Positions 1-12,078 of a stretch of 64,000 nt of DNA are shown here, piece by piece. The stretch's first letter is position 1, and every line of letters starts with the position of its first letter. A program made the position numbers and the translations under genes. A model generated the notes under the pieces. The model had not been told where the DNA came from, made no database searches, and worked only from the letters and a program-made list of their open reading frames with translations. Source of the stretch: Podospora anserina (Eukaryota); assembly GCA_017654855.1 (NCBI GenBank), contig CM030338.1, positions 2,046,001 through 2,110,000 on the forward strand, written 5' to 3'.

Positions 1-780
1 CAGAGCCGGACACATAGCCACAAGTCCAAGAACACTGTCACAAAGATCCGACTGTATCTCGTGCCGAGGGTTGATAAGCAGTGTCGCCAGTCCACATCCC
101 ATACTGTGCGCTATCAACACCACCCGCTGCCTCTCTTCACGATAGTCATTGATGATCATCTCCAAGAGTTCCACAAGCGCATCGGTGGTGTAAGCGACCC
201 AGCTGGTGTTGGTGTACTCTGAACGTCCGCATCCTGGCAGATCCACGGCAAGACAAGACGCAAGGTGGGTGAGGCTGGTCAGGATCCGGTGGAACTGGGC
301 TACTGACCCCCCGAGGCCGTGGATGAAGACGAGGAGGGGGAGTGGTGGGTCTTTGGGGAGGTTGTCTGTTTGTGGGTGTTTTCGGTAAAAGATACGGAGT
401 TTGTTGTAGAAGGCTTTGGAGGTGGTGTAGGACTTGAATTCAGAGTATTTTTCGAGGAGGGGAGGATCTGTTGATTTGGCGTCGAGCTTCTCTTCTGTGA
501 AAACCATGGCCACCATCCAGAGCGCCAGGCCGCTTGTGGCGGTGAGGGCAAAGGCTTTGAAGAATTTGAATTTGAGGGATAGTCCTTTGACGGATGTTAG
601 TGCGGATTCCGTGATGATTTTGGGTGGGGGTTCGGTGGTTAGTGAGTGTTCATGCCAACATTTGGCAGATTCAGTGATGATTTTGGGTAATAGCATGGTG
701 GATTTGGGTGGGGGTTGGGGGGTCAGTGAGTGACCGTGCCGATATGCGGCGGCTTTCGTGATGACTTGGGGTAGTAGCAT
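1..780 (-). CDS. Alpha/beta-hydrolase domain protein, 5' part only (runs off window start)
   Basis: Manual translation from ATG 780 is open to position 1 (absent from the ORF track because there is no stop in the window). It contains LLVFIHGLGGS (oxyanion region), AVDLPGCGRS and the nucleophile elbow IAHSMG. Alternative in-frame ATG at 696. Confidence 0.8.
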   Translation of the reverse strand, partial: MLLPQVITKAAAYRHGHSLTPQPPPKSTMLLPKIITESAKCWHEHSLTTEPPPKIITESALTSVKGLSLKFKFFKAFALTATSGLALWMVAMVFTEEKLDAKSTDPPLLEKYSEFKSYTTSKAFYNKLRIFYRKHPQTDNLPKDPPLPLLVFIHGLGGSVAQFHRILTSLTHLASCLAVDLPGCGRSEYTNTSWVAYTTDALVELLEMIINDYREERQRVVLIAHSMGCGLATLLINPRHEIQSDLCDSVLGLVAMCPAL

Positions 781-784
781 GGTG
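601..784 (-). repeat. Degenerate ~84-bp tandem repeat (about 2.3 copies) in the hydrolase N-terminus
   Basis: MLLPQVITKAA..HGHSLT..PPPK / MLLPKIITESA..HEHSLT..PPPK / IITESA; ATGs at 780 and 696. Confidence 0.8.
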
Positions 785-1671
785 AAGTTGGGGTGGTGGT
801 GGGTGTATCATAAGAGAAGATAGGTGTGTTTGAGGAAATACTGTCATTGGACATACAAGATGAGAAGATGAAGAATAGACCGGCCGTCCAGAAGAGAATC
901 GGAAATCTCAGGGCTGATGGTAGTTTCCAATTGAAGTGATTGTATCAGGCGGCGAGAGTAGTTGGGTTGAGTGTGGTAAGAGTCATCCGAACTGGATGAA
1001 ACAAGGAGATGGCGATTTGGCTTGGTTTTTCGCTGGGTATCTTATAAGAGAGCAGGAAAGAATGAAGAAAGGGCAGGAGAAAAAGACCAAAGACGATATT
1101 CTTTGGAAGGCGGCGCAGGAAAGAGCAGTGGTGTTTAATGACAAACGATCAGGTCGAGATGGAAATTGGAAAGAGCCGGTGCCGACTGCCCGGTCAGTCA
1201 GAGCTTCACCTTCACCGAAGACCTGCCGCCATGGAATTAACCGAGCCACGCAGACGGGATACACTGAGATATGTTTCCCGGGCAAACAGATGTTTGTGTA
1301 CCATGGTACTAAGTACAACCTGTCAATTGGATATTCTGTGAGACTACCATCGCACTCACTGTCTTGCTATGTGTGTCTATGTGTCTTGGATATCTCATGA
1401 GGGTTATCCGATAGTTTTGATCATTAAACCCGCTTAGCTGCATATCTGCGCATAACGGCGGGCCGAACTGCAGACCCACCCGGTCCCGCAGCGTCATCAC
1501 AAGGAAGGATCAGGGAACAGCTTCCGAGTCACAGCGACGCCGGACCGGACCCGCCCTGGATGCCCTACCCCTTTCCGGCCACCCGAAATAGCGCGCCTAG
1601 CTCCGGCAACCTCCAACCTAACCAGAACATCACCAACACAGACACTACCCAACCTCATAACCGCCACCGTC

Positions 1672-3123
1672 ATGGCCACCCACCGCCTGACCTTCCTCTA
1701 CCCCCACCTATTCAAATCAACAGCCCGCTGGGGTGAGCCCGCAATCGCTGCCCGAGGAGCTCGTCGCAAGTCGCAACACCCACCTGCCTTCCTCTGCCAA
1801 CACCAACACCATGGCTTCGCATCGCCCTCGGCCGGGAGACAAGCCGCCTTCGCCAAACGAGCCGGCAAGGGCGTAGAGCCACTGCCACACCACGAGACCT
1901 CTGACCTGCCCCCTAAACCCGCGCAAGACAGCAAACAAGATGGAGCTGGGAAGCATAGTCAAGATTCGAAGCCAGGGGACGAAGGGAAACAGCAAGAAAC
2001 AAAACAAGACGCCCCCGAAAGTCAACAAGAGACTCACCACAAAACAATCAAACCCTCCACCCCCGCCGAAACCCAAACCAGCGGTCCAATCCACGACCCT
2101 CCTCCTCCGCCACCACCCCAACCCGCCCATGACCCCTCCACAATCGAACTCCCTCCCCCATCCGACATCGACCCGATCACCCAAACGAAAAAGGGGTCAC
2201 CAATGGATGAAATCCTCCACATGGGCCCTCCCCCCTCTTCCTCCCCTGACGCGCCATCATCACCTATAACCCCCTCCTCCCCCTCAGAACCACCCCCCTC
2301 AACCACAGAAACCACCACCAGCACCACCACCAGCACCACCATCTCTTCCCAAGAGAACACAACCACCCAACAAAAACCCAAACAAACCTACATCCACCAC
2401 TTCGACTCCTACTCCCTAGTCAAACACCTCTCCTCCCCCGACCAACCCCCCAAATACACCCTCCCCCAATCCATCGCCCTCATGAAAGCCATCCGCGCCC
2501 TCCTCGCCCACAACCTCGACAGCGCCCAATCCGGCTTAGTGTCTCGCTCTGACGTCGACAACGAAACCTACCTCTTCCGCGCCGCCTGCTCCGAGCTCTC
2601 GACCGAAGTCCGCAAAAACCGCCGGGTAGCCGACGAGCAACTCCGGCAGCAAAGAACACACCTCCAGCACGAAGTCGATATCCTCACCCAGCGGCTCAAT
2701 CAAGACCTGTTGACACTTACAGACAGCGTAAGGGGCATGTTCAACGACCGTAAGATGGCTGTTAGGGAGGAGCAAAAGGCTGTTGAATCTAGGGTTTGTC
2801 TCCCCTTTCTACACAATGAGATGGTGTGTTGACATTGAAAATAGATCCAACAAATTAATTACAAAATATCAGTCATGTTGAACTCGGATTCGAAATCCGA
2901 GATTGAAGAGGTGAGGTGGGTCTTGATTAGGAGGTCCGTCCTCGGGATTTTGTTCATGGCCGTCTTGACGCTCGGCACGTTGAGGTACGCCACGTTTGTG
3001 AATAGCAAACGGAAAAAGGAGATGGAACAGAGGCAAAAAGAGCAAGAGGAGATGAGGAGGAGTAACGGGATGAAGGATCACAGTCCTGCGCCCGAGGCGG
3101 CGCAGATTTTGGCTGCTAGCTAG
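1672..3123 (+). CDS. DUF1640 / CCDC90-MCUR1 family mitochondrial coiled-coil protein
   Basis: Exons 1672-2793 and 2845-3123 (intron GTTTGT..TAG). Basic N-terminal presequence, HHFDSYSLVKHL motif, long coiled coil and C-terminal TM helix (RSVLGILFMAVLTLGTL). Confidence 0.8.
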
Positions 3124-3299
3124 TGACGGGCGAGCAGAGAAGGGGAAATGTAATAATATTATGAGACAATATCGAGTAGTGAGTGATCACCAAACAGAGA
3201 TGAAAACTGTAAACAGTCACCAAAATGATGGGAACTGAAAGTAATATTCTAACCAGCTTCATGTTCACTGTCACATCTATATATATACACTCCCCTTCC

Positions 3300-6200
3300 T
3301 CAACCCCCAAAATTCATCTTCAGCGCAATCGTCGGCCTTTCCTCCTCCTCCCCTTGCCCCCCCTTATCCCGCCCCTGCCCCAGCGCCCTCCCACTCCTGA
3401 TAACCCCCTCCATAAACCCCCTCTGCTCCTCCCCCATCCCCCCAACCACAGCCCTAAACGCGCTCTGGTCCGCGCTCGCCAGCTCCAGCAACCTCGCCGA
3501 CGTCTCTTTCGCAATCACCCCACCATCCTGCACATCATCCTCGCTCGCCGCTCTAGACAGCAACATGGGAATGACCAACGCCATGGCAATCGGGCTGTGA
3601 TCCTTCGACAAAGTCCCTACATACTGACACAACGCCTGCGCGACCAGCATCCGGGCGTTTTCCAGGTCTTCCCTGTTGGTGTCCGTCACAAAGGCGATCA
3701 GACGGGGGAACAAGAACCGTGTGATTGTCAGGTCAGCGACAGTCTTCTTGCTGCCCGCGTGGAGAAGCAAAGAGCGGAGGCAGTTGGCTGCCATTTTCGC
3801 CGTCTGTTTGTTATCACGCTGTTAGTTGTGGGCGGCGGGAAAGGGGGAACAAAAAAAGGGGGGGGGGCAGGACATACCATCCGATCAGTCAAACAATCCA
3901 CCACCTCCTCCAAAAACCTCGCCACAAGCGGCTCACTCCCCGGCAACTGGTTCTCCCCCGCCGTAAACAAGATCGTCATAGCCAGCAAGCAATTCTTGAC
4001 ACACGCCAGACTGGCCGGTGTTTCCCTCTGCTGACCCTTGAGGTAAATCGACAGGAACCTTCTCAGGCATCCCAAAAGTTGGATATCCGTCGCCGAGTGC
4101 TCCTCGTCATCGTTTACCCTTCTAGATTGCGACATGCTACTGATGAACCGCTTCAGAGTGGGGAGTGACTGCGGTACAATGACCTCCTGGCAGGCAGGGT
4201 TGGCGAGGGTGGTAGCAAAGATATGGATAATGCAGGCATGGAGGTCTGTCTTGATGACGGCGGGGAACACCTCAGCGGCATCAACCAGTGCGTTCAACGC
4301 TGTCTTGATTAGCAACACCGCCTCTTCCGTCATTTGGTGACGCATTGGTTGAGGGGTCTCGCTCAGACCAGGCAGCAGACCGGACAACACCAAGACAATG
4401 ATCCGAGTGAGCTCAAACAGCTGCTCAATGTCCTCGGATAGCTCCCCGCTGTCGGCCTCGTCCTTCTTCCTCGCTGCAGGGTGGGCAACGCAGAGAGCCC
4501 TCGCAATTTCGACGATAACTCCCTGAACGTCAAGTTCCTCGGTGAGAACAAGTCTATCCAAGAGATCCATTGTCTCGGAGAAGATAGCATCTCTATAAAT
4601 CGCATGACCCGAAACGCTCGGGTGCAGAATCTTCTTCAGCGCCTTGAGAATAGCCAAAGTCTGTTCCTGCGTCGCCAGCGATTCACTCTGCCCCGGCTTG
4701 GTCGCCAATGCCTCAAAAGCAACACCAAAAAGCACAAAGAAAAAGGCCAGGGGCTCATCCCGATAGTTGATATCAGCACCCTTGGACCCTCCCCCATTCG
4801 TGCTGTTCGGACCAGTCACCTCCTTGCCGTCCAACGCATCAAAGACAAACTCGCTGTCCTGCTCAATAAGACTGGCGATGGCATCCACCAGCTTGAGCCA
4901 AGAATCTTGATAAAACTTGAGCTGCGTCTCACGGTTCAGGGCAGCATAGACTGTATCCAAGCTACCAGAAAGTGAGGGGGGTCCGAGAGTCATGGAGATA
5001 TCCGGCTCGAAGCGCAGCCTGGCAAACTCGCGCAGAGACTCCAGCCAAAGAGGTGTCAACGTGCCAATATGTGGCTTGAGCACGTCCAGTAGATACTTCT
5101 GCTCAGAGCTAGCAACCTGAAGCTCAGCCCAGGCACCAAACACGGACATCTTGACCATGACCCTGGCGTTTGAACTGAGGCCCTTGAGATCGCCGATACC
5201 AGCATTCTCATCTTCTGTGGCAAAGTTCTCCAGCGAGCTGACCAGGGTCTTGAGGATTCTCCCCATCCTGTCCACGTCTGTGACGATGCCGGTCGAAATG
5301 AAGCCGGCACAAACATCAACTGCTTCGGCTGCCAGTTCAGGAGATGAATCTGCTGCAAAAGCAGGTGTCAGAGCAGAGCTGATCTGGGCCTGGTACTGCT
5401 CTAGCAGCATGGCTTCCTCAAAGTCAGGATCCGGTGTCTTTCCAAACATCTTGAGTACAGCACCGATGATCTTGAGACCCCAAATCCGTTGCTCAACGAC
5501 GCCAGACGTAGACGCCGAGAAGGCCATACGTACCACATCGGCAACCTTGCTCTGCAGTGCCGTATAAGTCTCAGACTCGCCATGAGAAGCAACCTCCTTG
5601 GTGACGATGGTAAAGATGTCATGCAAACACTCCATCGCAAAGGTAGTAACCTGCCACCTCAACGGCTCAACATCTGACCCGCTCGGCGCAGAAGCATCAT
5701 CTTTGGCGGCCCCAGCAGCAAACCCAGCAACCTCCTCATCCTGCAACTCAAGCCCCCCGTTGCTCTTCTTCGTCACCGCCGTCGCCCTAACCGCCTCCTT
5801 CGGCCTCGTCATCTTCAACACATGTTGAAACCTCGCCAACCAAGCCGTCGTATTCGGCACACAAGTCTGCCTCATCCAATTCCTAATCGTATTCCTCATC
5901 CCCTCATGCCCCGGATCCTCATCCAGCACCAACCACAACTGATCCTCAAACCCCCTTTCCGCCGCCTCAATAACATCATACGGATTCCTCTTCATCAGAT
6001 TATGCAACCCATCCACCGCCACATCCCTCAACCCCTTCTCATCCCCGCCGCCCCCCATAACCAAATACCTCTGCAACGTCCTCACATACTCTTTAAAATC
6101 CACATACCCCGGCGCATACAGCGTCAAATGCTCCAAACAAACCAAACTCCCCCTCTGCGTCTCCAAATCGCCCTCCTCCTTCCCAAAAAACCCCACCAGC

Positions 6201-9200
6201 GTCAAGATCAACTCCCTCGACTTTGTCGAGTCCTGTAAGTCCGGCCCAAGCACATTAATCAAACTATCCACCCCCCTCGCAATCGCCGCCGTAGTCCCGT
6301 ACTCAACCTCCAAATTCATACTCGCCGGCAGCGCCGTCTCCGCATTGTGCGTCTCGGCAAAATACAAACTCCCCAACACCCCCAACGTCGCACTGACATA
6401 ACTCCCAAACCCCAACCCGCTCGCCTCGCTCACCCTCCCCATCGCCTCCAACGCCCAGTAGTGCACCGTCGGGTGCGGATCATTGCACAGACTCATCAGA
6501 ATATTCAATATAGTCTTCAAATGATACCCCGCCGCCATGCTCCCAATCTTGGCCTGTATGCACCCCAACGCCATCGCACACCCCGCCCTCGCGCTCGGCT
6601 CCCTGTTGACAACAATCGTGTCAACCAAAAACTTGATCTCCTGATTGGTAAACGCGTTTCCACACGTCGAACACAGCCGCGCCACCGCCTCATAGGCAAT
6701 AGCCCTGACGTACTGATCCCGATCAATGACAAAATCCCTCAGCAGCTCCTGCATCAGCTTCTCCACCGCGGGGTTGGTGACGTTCCCACCAGGGGACTTC
6801 GTCTCCCTCACCGCAACCCGTAACACCTCCAGCAAGCTCATAGCCACATTCACCGTGATCGCCGCCTTCCTCCCCGGATCCCGCTGTAAACTCCCTGCCG
6901 CAACAAAAGTAGTCACCTGCTCTAGCACACTCTCCTGCACCTTTGGCGGTGTCAAAGGAAAGACAAACGCAAAGAGCTGAATAGCCATGTTCACCACCTC
7001 TGTGGGAGCAGGATCGGGCAGAGAAGGGCCCTCTCGGCTGCCGATATACAGAAGCGAGGCATCATGCTCAAGCGTCCCGCAAATAGGCGAGAACAGCAGC
7101 TTTTGAATTTCCTCCTCTGGACTTTGTTGTCCAGAAGAAGTCCTTTCTTCGGGGTTTTCGTGCTGGCCTGGAAGGGGCCGGATGTCAAACCCTCGGACGG
7201 CTCCCGTGATGCCGAACCCAGAGTTGTCGCCAATGTCCCAGATGCTCTCAAAGTTGCCGGCAGAGTTGGCGATGGAGGCGCTGAGGGAGGAAGGGGTGTA
7301 GTTGTCCGGGTCTGCAAACAGCGAAATGGCCAAGGTGAGGAGGTTGGATTGAAGTAAAGCCTCGGTGCCGCCTGCTGGGCTGATGTTGACTAGTTTGGTG
7401 TAGCACTGCAGAACTCTTCTCTGCACCATAATCTCCAAATCTTGAAGCTGAAGGGAAGTGAAGAGTCGTTCGCTGATGTCCTCGGCTGTCTTCTTCGATG
7501 GGAGTGTTCTCAAAAAAGCAGTAGTGCTCTGAAGCATAGTGGCAATCCGCTTCGAGACATCAACAGTCAAAAGACGGCTGTTGGACTCGAGGAAAGCGAG
7601 AATAGATCCGAGGGCGCATTCTCGGACGTGGGTGAGAAACGAAGCGTTGAGGTAGTTCCTATGAATCGAGCTGTCTTTGGAGAGAACCTTGGGCAAAGCA
7701 TTCTTCCATAGTAGAAGCAACTGGGAGAGATGAATCTTGACAAAGTTGGGTCCGAGAGACATCAGACCTCCGATGAGAGTCCAGGCGACCTGAATTTGAG
7801 TGCTGGCTACCCTCAACTCAGAAGTGCCACTCGACTTGAGGAGGTTTGTGGCCATGGTAAGCACCCGACTGTTGACATCGACCGACCCGTACAGGGGGCG
7901 CTGTGGGCTGGCGCTGAGACCAGCCGAGAGGCCATGGGCAAAACCGATGCAGCGACGAGGTGAGTTTCTTCCAGTGCCGAGCAGTCCCAACTCCCTACCG
8001 AGACTGTTCATGCACACCGAGAGACAGTGTAATAGTTGCTGCGGGCATGCCAGAACGAACGTCTTCAAGCATGCCGAGGCATGAACCTGCACGGTATAGC
8101 TTGGGTGTTGCAAGACTTGGAGCAAACCATCACGGCAGGACTCGGCAAAAGCATTCGAAGCCGAACCCAAGGTGTTGATCAGGGATGACAGGGCGCTCAG
8201 CGAAACAATCAGCGTCTGCTTTGTCGGCTCTGGTCTTTCCTTGACCACTTCCGGGTAGTTCTTGAGGATGTTGTTGATGATGGACTTGGCAGCACTGATT
8301 TGCCCAGACTCGCCCAGAATCCTCTTTCCGACTATATTTTGAAGAATAACCTCAATCATGCGCCGTGAAATAAGCAATCGATATCGATAGTTGAAGATAT
8401 TACTGTGGCCCAACACATCGGTGGTCAAGTTCTCCAACATTTTGATATAGTTGGTTTCCACAGTCTTCTCGCCCAGCTTCTGAAGCATGTTGCCATAACA
8501 TATCGCAATCGCCGCCCTGGCTTTGTTGCTCGTTGACATGCGAACATATTCGGTAGTCAACATCTTGAACATGTCAATCAGTGACAGCGCCAGCACCTGG
8601 GACTTTTTGCCTGTTGGCGCCGGACTCGAGGGTCTGGAAGGAATGATATCATCCTCGTCTTGCAAAGCTCCAGGCTGCATAGACTGCCTCTTGACAGCCT
8701 TTGATTTGGATCTTTTCAGCAGCACGAGGGGCGCCTCCCCAACGGCCGCGGGCGAGTAGCCACAGACAAGGGCCTCAGCGAAGCAATCGGCGGCGGCAGA
8801 TCGCACATGAGACGACGGCGAGTCCCAGACCTTGAAAACACAGGACCGGAGCTTGTCGAAATCGGTCGAGTTCTGAAAGTAGGGCGTGTGCTGCACCAAC
8901 GAGCGCATGCATCGGCAGGCCGAGATGATCACCAGCGACCCTTTGTCACTCGTCGCATAACTCCTGCACTGCTTCCAGATATCCCTAGCAATGCTCTCGT
9001 CCAGACTCCCTCCCAGCATCTTGGCCACCTTGCCAAGCGCCGTAAATATCGCCGCACGCAGTCCAGCATTGCTCGAAGAAGCCTTCAACAGCTTCAGCAA
9101 AGCCGAGCACACCAACTGATGCAACCCAATCGCGCTGTCTCCGGCCGCACCATAGATATCCCCCAGACACACCACCGCAGCGTGTCTCGTCCTGTTCTCG

Positions 9201-9604
9201 CTTTCAGTTTTGGACTTGCCTCCCGAGATAATCCCCACCAGCTCGTTGACCGTCTCAAACAGCAGCTTCCTATCCCCCAAGCCAAATATGTGCGCCAGAC
9301 ATTTGCCCAACGTGTTACGTATGACGCGGCTCGGTGACGGGGCGGCGAGGTTTATGATTTTGAAAATCTCCTTTTTCAGGTAGACCTGCTGGGCGGTACA
9401 GTCGTCTGGTGGCAGCGCAAGGACATGTTTGCTGAGGGCGGCGACAAAGTTCAGAACCAAAAGTTCCTGCTGCTCAGACGATAAGCCCTGGAGCTTGGAA
9501 GCGTCGAATTCAGGGTTGGAGCTCGCGGCAGCTGCTGAGGAAGCGCGGGGGGTGCTGCCATTCGCGTGGGTTGGCTCGTCCGTGACGGCCGCTGTCGAGG
9601 CCAT
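3300..9604 (-). CDS. LAA1: Large HEAT-repeat protein, AP-1 accessory factor (Laa1/HEATR5 family)
   Basis: Exons 9604-3878 and 3803-3300 (intron GTATGT..CTAAC..CAG). About 2070 aa, alpha-helical; motifs LLEQYQAQISSALTPAF and C-terminal PTIALKMNF are typical of the family. Confidence 0.9.
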
Positions 9605-10077
9605 CTGATATTATTGTATTGTCTGTTTATGTCGTGTGTGTTTCTCTGAGGAGAAAGATGTGTTCTCAACATCTGGAAAGGAGAGAGCTGGAGAGGTCTC
9701 AGGTTGTCAGGGGCGCACCCACACCCGCACCAGTGATGACCACACACAACACCCTTGTAGTGGATCTCTCTGGCGGTGGGGGAGAGAGAGGGCGAAGCCA
9801 ATTGAAACCCAAGAAATCGATGAGGGGCCAAGCAAGAGCAGCTGCCCCACCACTCCCGTCCCGGCAGGCAGCGCGCTAATATTTTGAGAACCACCTCCCC
9901 AGGTTGGAGCTTTTGATCGCGGAAGCACCTTGAAGACCGGCCAGGCCAGATACAAACCTGAGAGGGATTGGGGGCTGAGAGCTGGCAATCTTTCGGGTAA
10001 TTTGTTTGTAGATACCCTCATTTTTTTTCTTCTTTCTTTTCTACCATTACAGTCTCCCCACCCCCTTATCAACCACA

Positions 10078-11032
10078 ATGGCCTCCCTCTTCCGAGCTCT
10101 CACGCCCCTAACCCGGTCCTCTCCCACGATATGCGCCTCCTGTCGAACCACCCGCCCCTTCACCACCACCACCCTCCTCACCAGCGGCCACAACAAGTGG
10201 TCCAAAATCCGCCATGACAAAGCCATCAACGACCGCAAAAGAATGCAAACCATCCTCTTCTACACTCAGCAGATAACTGTCTCTTGCAAATGTGCGTCGT
10301 CCCACTGCCCACCACTACCCACCTGAACCATACCTCGCCCTTACACTCCAAAAAGTATACGGCCCCGACCCAACCTACAACCCCAACCTCGCAAACATCA
10401 TCACCGCCTCCAAAAAAGCCGGCGTCCCCAAAGAAAAAATCGAAGCCGCCCTCGCCCGCGGCCAAGGAAAATCCACCTCGGGCGCCACCCTCGAGTCCCT
10501 CACCTTCGAAGCCGTAGTCCCCCCCTCCATCGCCCTCATCATCGAAGCCGAAACTGAGTCCAAACTCCGCTGCCTCCAAGACCTCAACCTCCGCGTCAAA
10601 AAGATCTCTGGTGCCCCGTCCTCTTCCAAATTCTTCTTTAGTCGTCTCGGCAGGGTGGTCTTCGAGAAAGACTCGGAAAACAATGTCGATATCGACCAGA
10701 TTATGGACGAGGCGATAGAAGCCGGTGCCGAAGATCTCGAAAATGACGCCGAGGGTAACATTGTTGTTTGGACACAGCCATCCGACACGGCCCACGTAGC
10801 CAAGACGTTAGGGACGAGGTTCGACCTCAAGGCGTTGAGCGCCGGGATTGTCTGGACGCCAAACGAGGGCACCAAGGCGAGGTTGGACAGCGGTATCCAG
10901 CATGAAAAGTTCGCCGAGATGCTCGAGCAGATGAGGGAGGACGGGGATGTGCAGGCGATTTACAGCAATGTGACGAGGGGGGAGATGAGCGATGAGGAGT
11001 GGGGGAAGATTGAGGAGTGTTTGAGCCGATAG
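10078..11032 (+). CDS. TACO1: Mitochondrial YebC/PmpR (TACO1/Dpc29-like) translation factor
   Basis: Presequence followed by SGHNKWSKIRHDK. Intron 10292-10355 joins CK-L-YGPDPTYNPNL. Later motifs AIEAGAEDL and DVQAIYSN. Confidence 0.9.
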
Positions 11033-11225
11033 TGCCCTTCCTCCTCCCATCCTGTGTATATAGACTTGTATTTTAACATGGAAAATGTACAACACAATCA
11101 ATTCCCCCCACCCCAACCAGTCCCGAACCAAAGAAAGCAGAGAGTGTTTTGATATAACCCAAACGCCCAAAAATGCGCACCATGCCCTCGATCATACACA
11201 TATCATACCTTCCCCCTCCAACCTC

Positions 11226-11562
11226 TTACTCCTGCTGATCCCGTGGTTGCTGCTGCCCCCCCTGCTCCCCCAACCTCTTCTCCCTAAGATACAACCTCCG
11301 AGCCCTCAACCGCTGCAGCTCAGCCTCGATCTCGTCCCTCTCGAGCGGGATCCTGTTTGCGTTCTCGGGCTTGGGCCAGAACTCGGGGACGGAGAATCTC
11401 GAGTCGAGGTTGGTGCCAAAGTAGTACATGATTCCGATGGGGAACATGATGTACATTCCGAACTGGTCCCCCCCAAGCTCATCAGCGCATATCCTCCCCC
11501 ACCCTCCGCCTCAAATGGATTGGTTGACTAACCTTGAAGACCTCCAAGTTAAGACCACCCAT
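11226..11562 (-). CDS. PET100: Cytochrome c oxidase assembly factor Pet100
   Basis: Exons 11562-11533 and 11462-11226 give MGGLNLEVFKFGMYIMFPIGIMYYFG, the Pet100 signature. Confidence 0.92.
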
Positions 11563-12052
11563 CTTGCCTGTATTCCTCCCTGTTTGACCGGTGTGCGGTG
11601 TTGGATCAGAGAATGTGTGTGTGTGGTGACGGTGATGAAGCTGTCGAAAACTGCACGGACGGTTCGATAAGCTGATCTGATCTGAGCTCCCCCCAAAATT
11701 CTGGAACCTCTCGGCAAGCAAAGAAGTCGTCAACATTGATGTGGGGCACGCATACAATTCGATGCGGCAATGGGTGGCCCAAGCTTCCTAGCTGCAAAGC
11801 ATTGTCCCGAGCTGCCAAGCTCAAACAGCGAAACCCCTGGCTCACAACCAAGAAAGAAACCATCAGGGTGCCTGACCACCATCACTTCACTCCCATAGCC
11901 ATCCCCAAGAATTTGATATTGGCCAGAAAATAGCCACTCACACATGCCATTAGATCTGATATCATGAGACACAAGAAAAAAAACGCTCAAAAATCAAATA
12001 ACCCCCCTGTGATATAAACCATTACCCAAATATCCCTCCCAAGTGGTATCTA

Positions 12053-12077
12053 CCCATCCCATCCCATCCCATCCCAT
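12053..12077 (-). repeat. (ATGGG)5 pentanucleotide repeat just after the SMP3 stop codon
   Basis: Plus strand reads CCCAT x5. Confidence 0.9.
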
Positions 12078-12078
12078 A

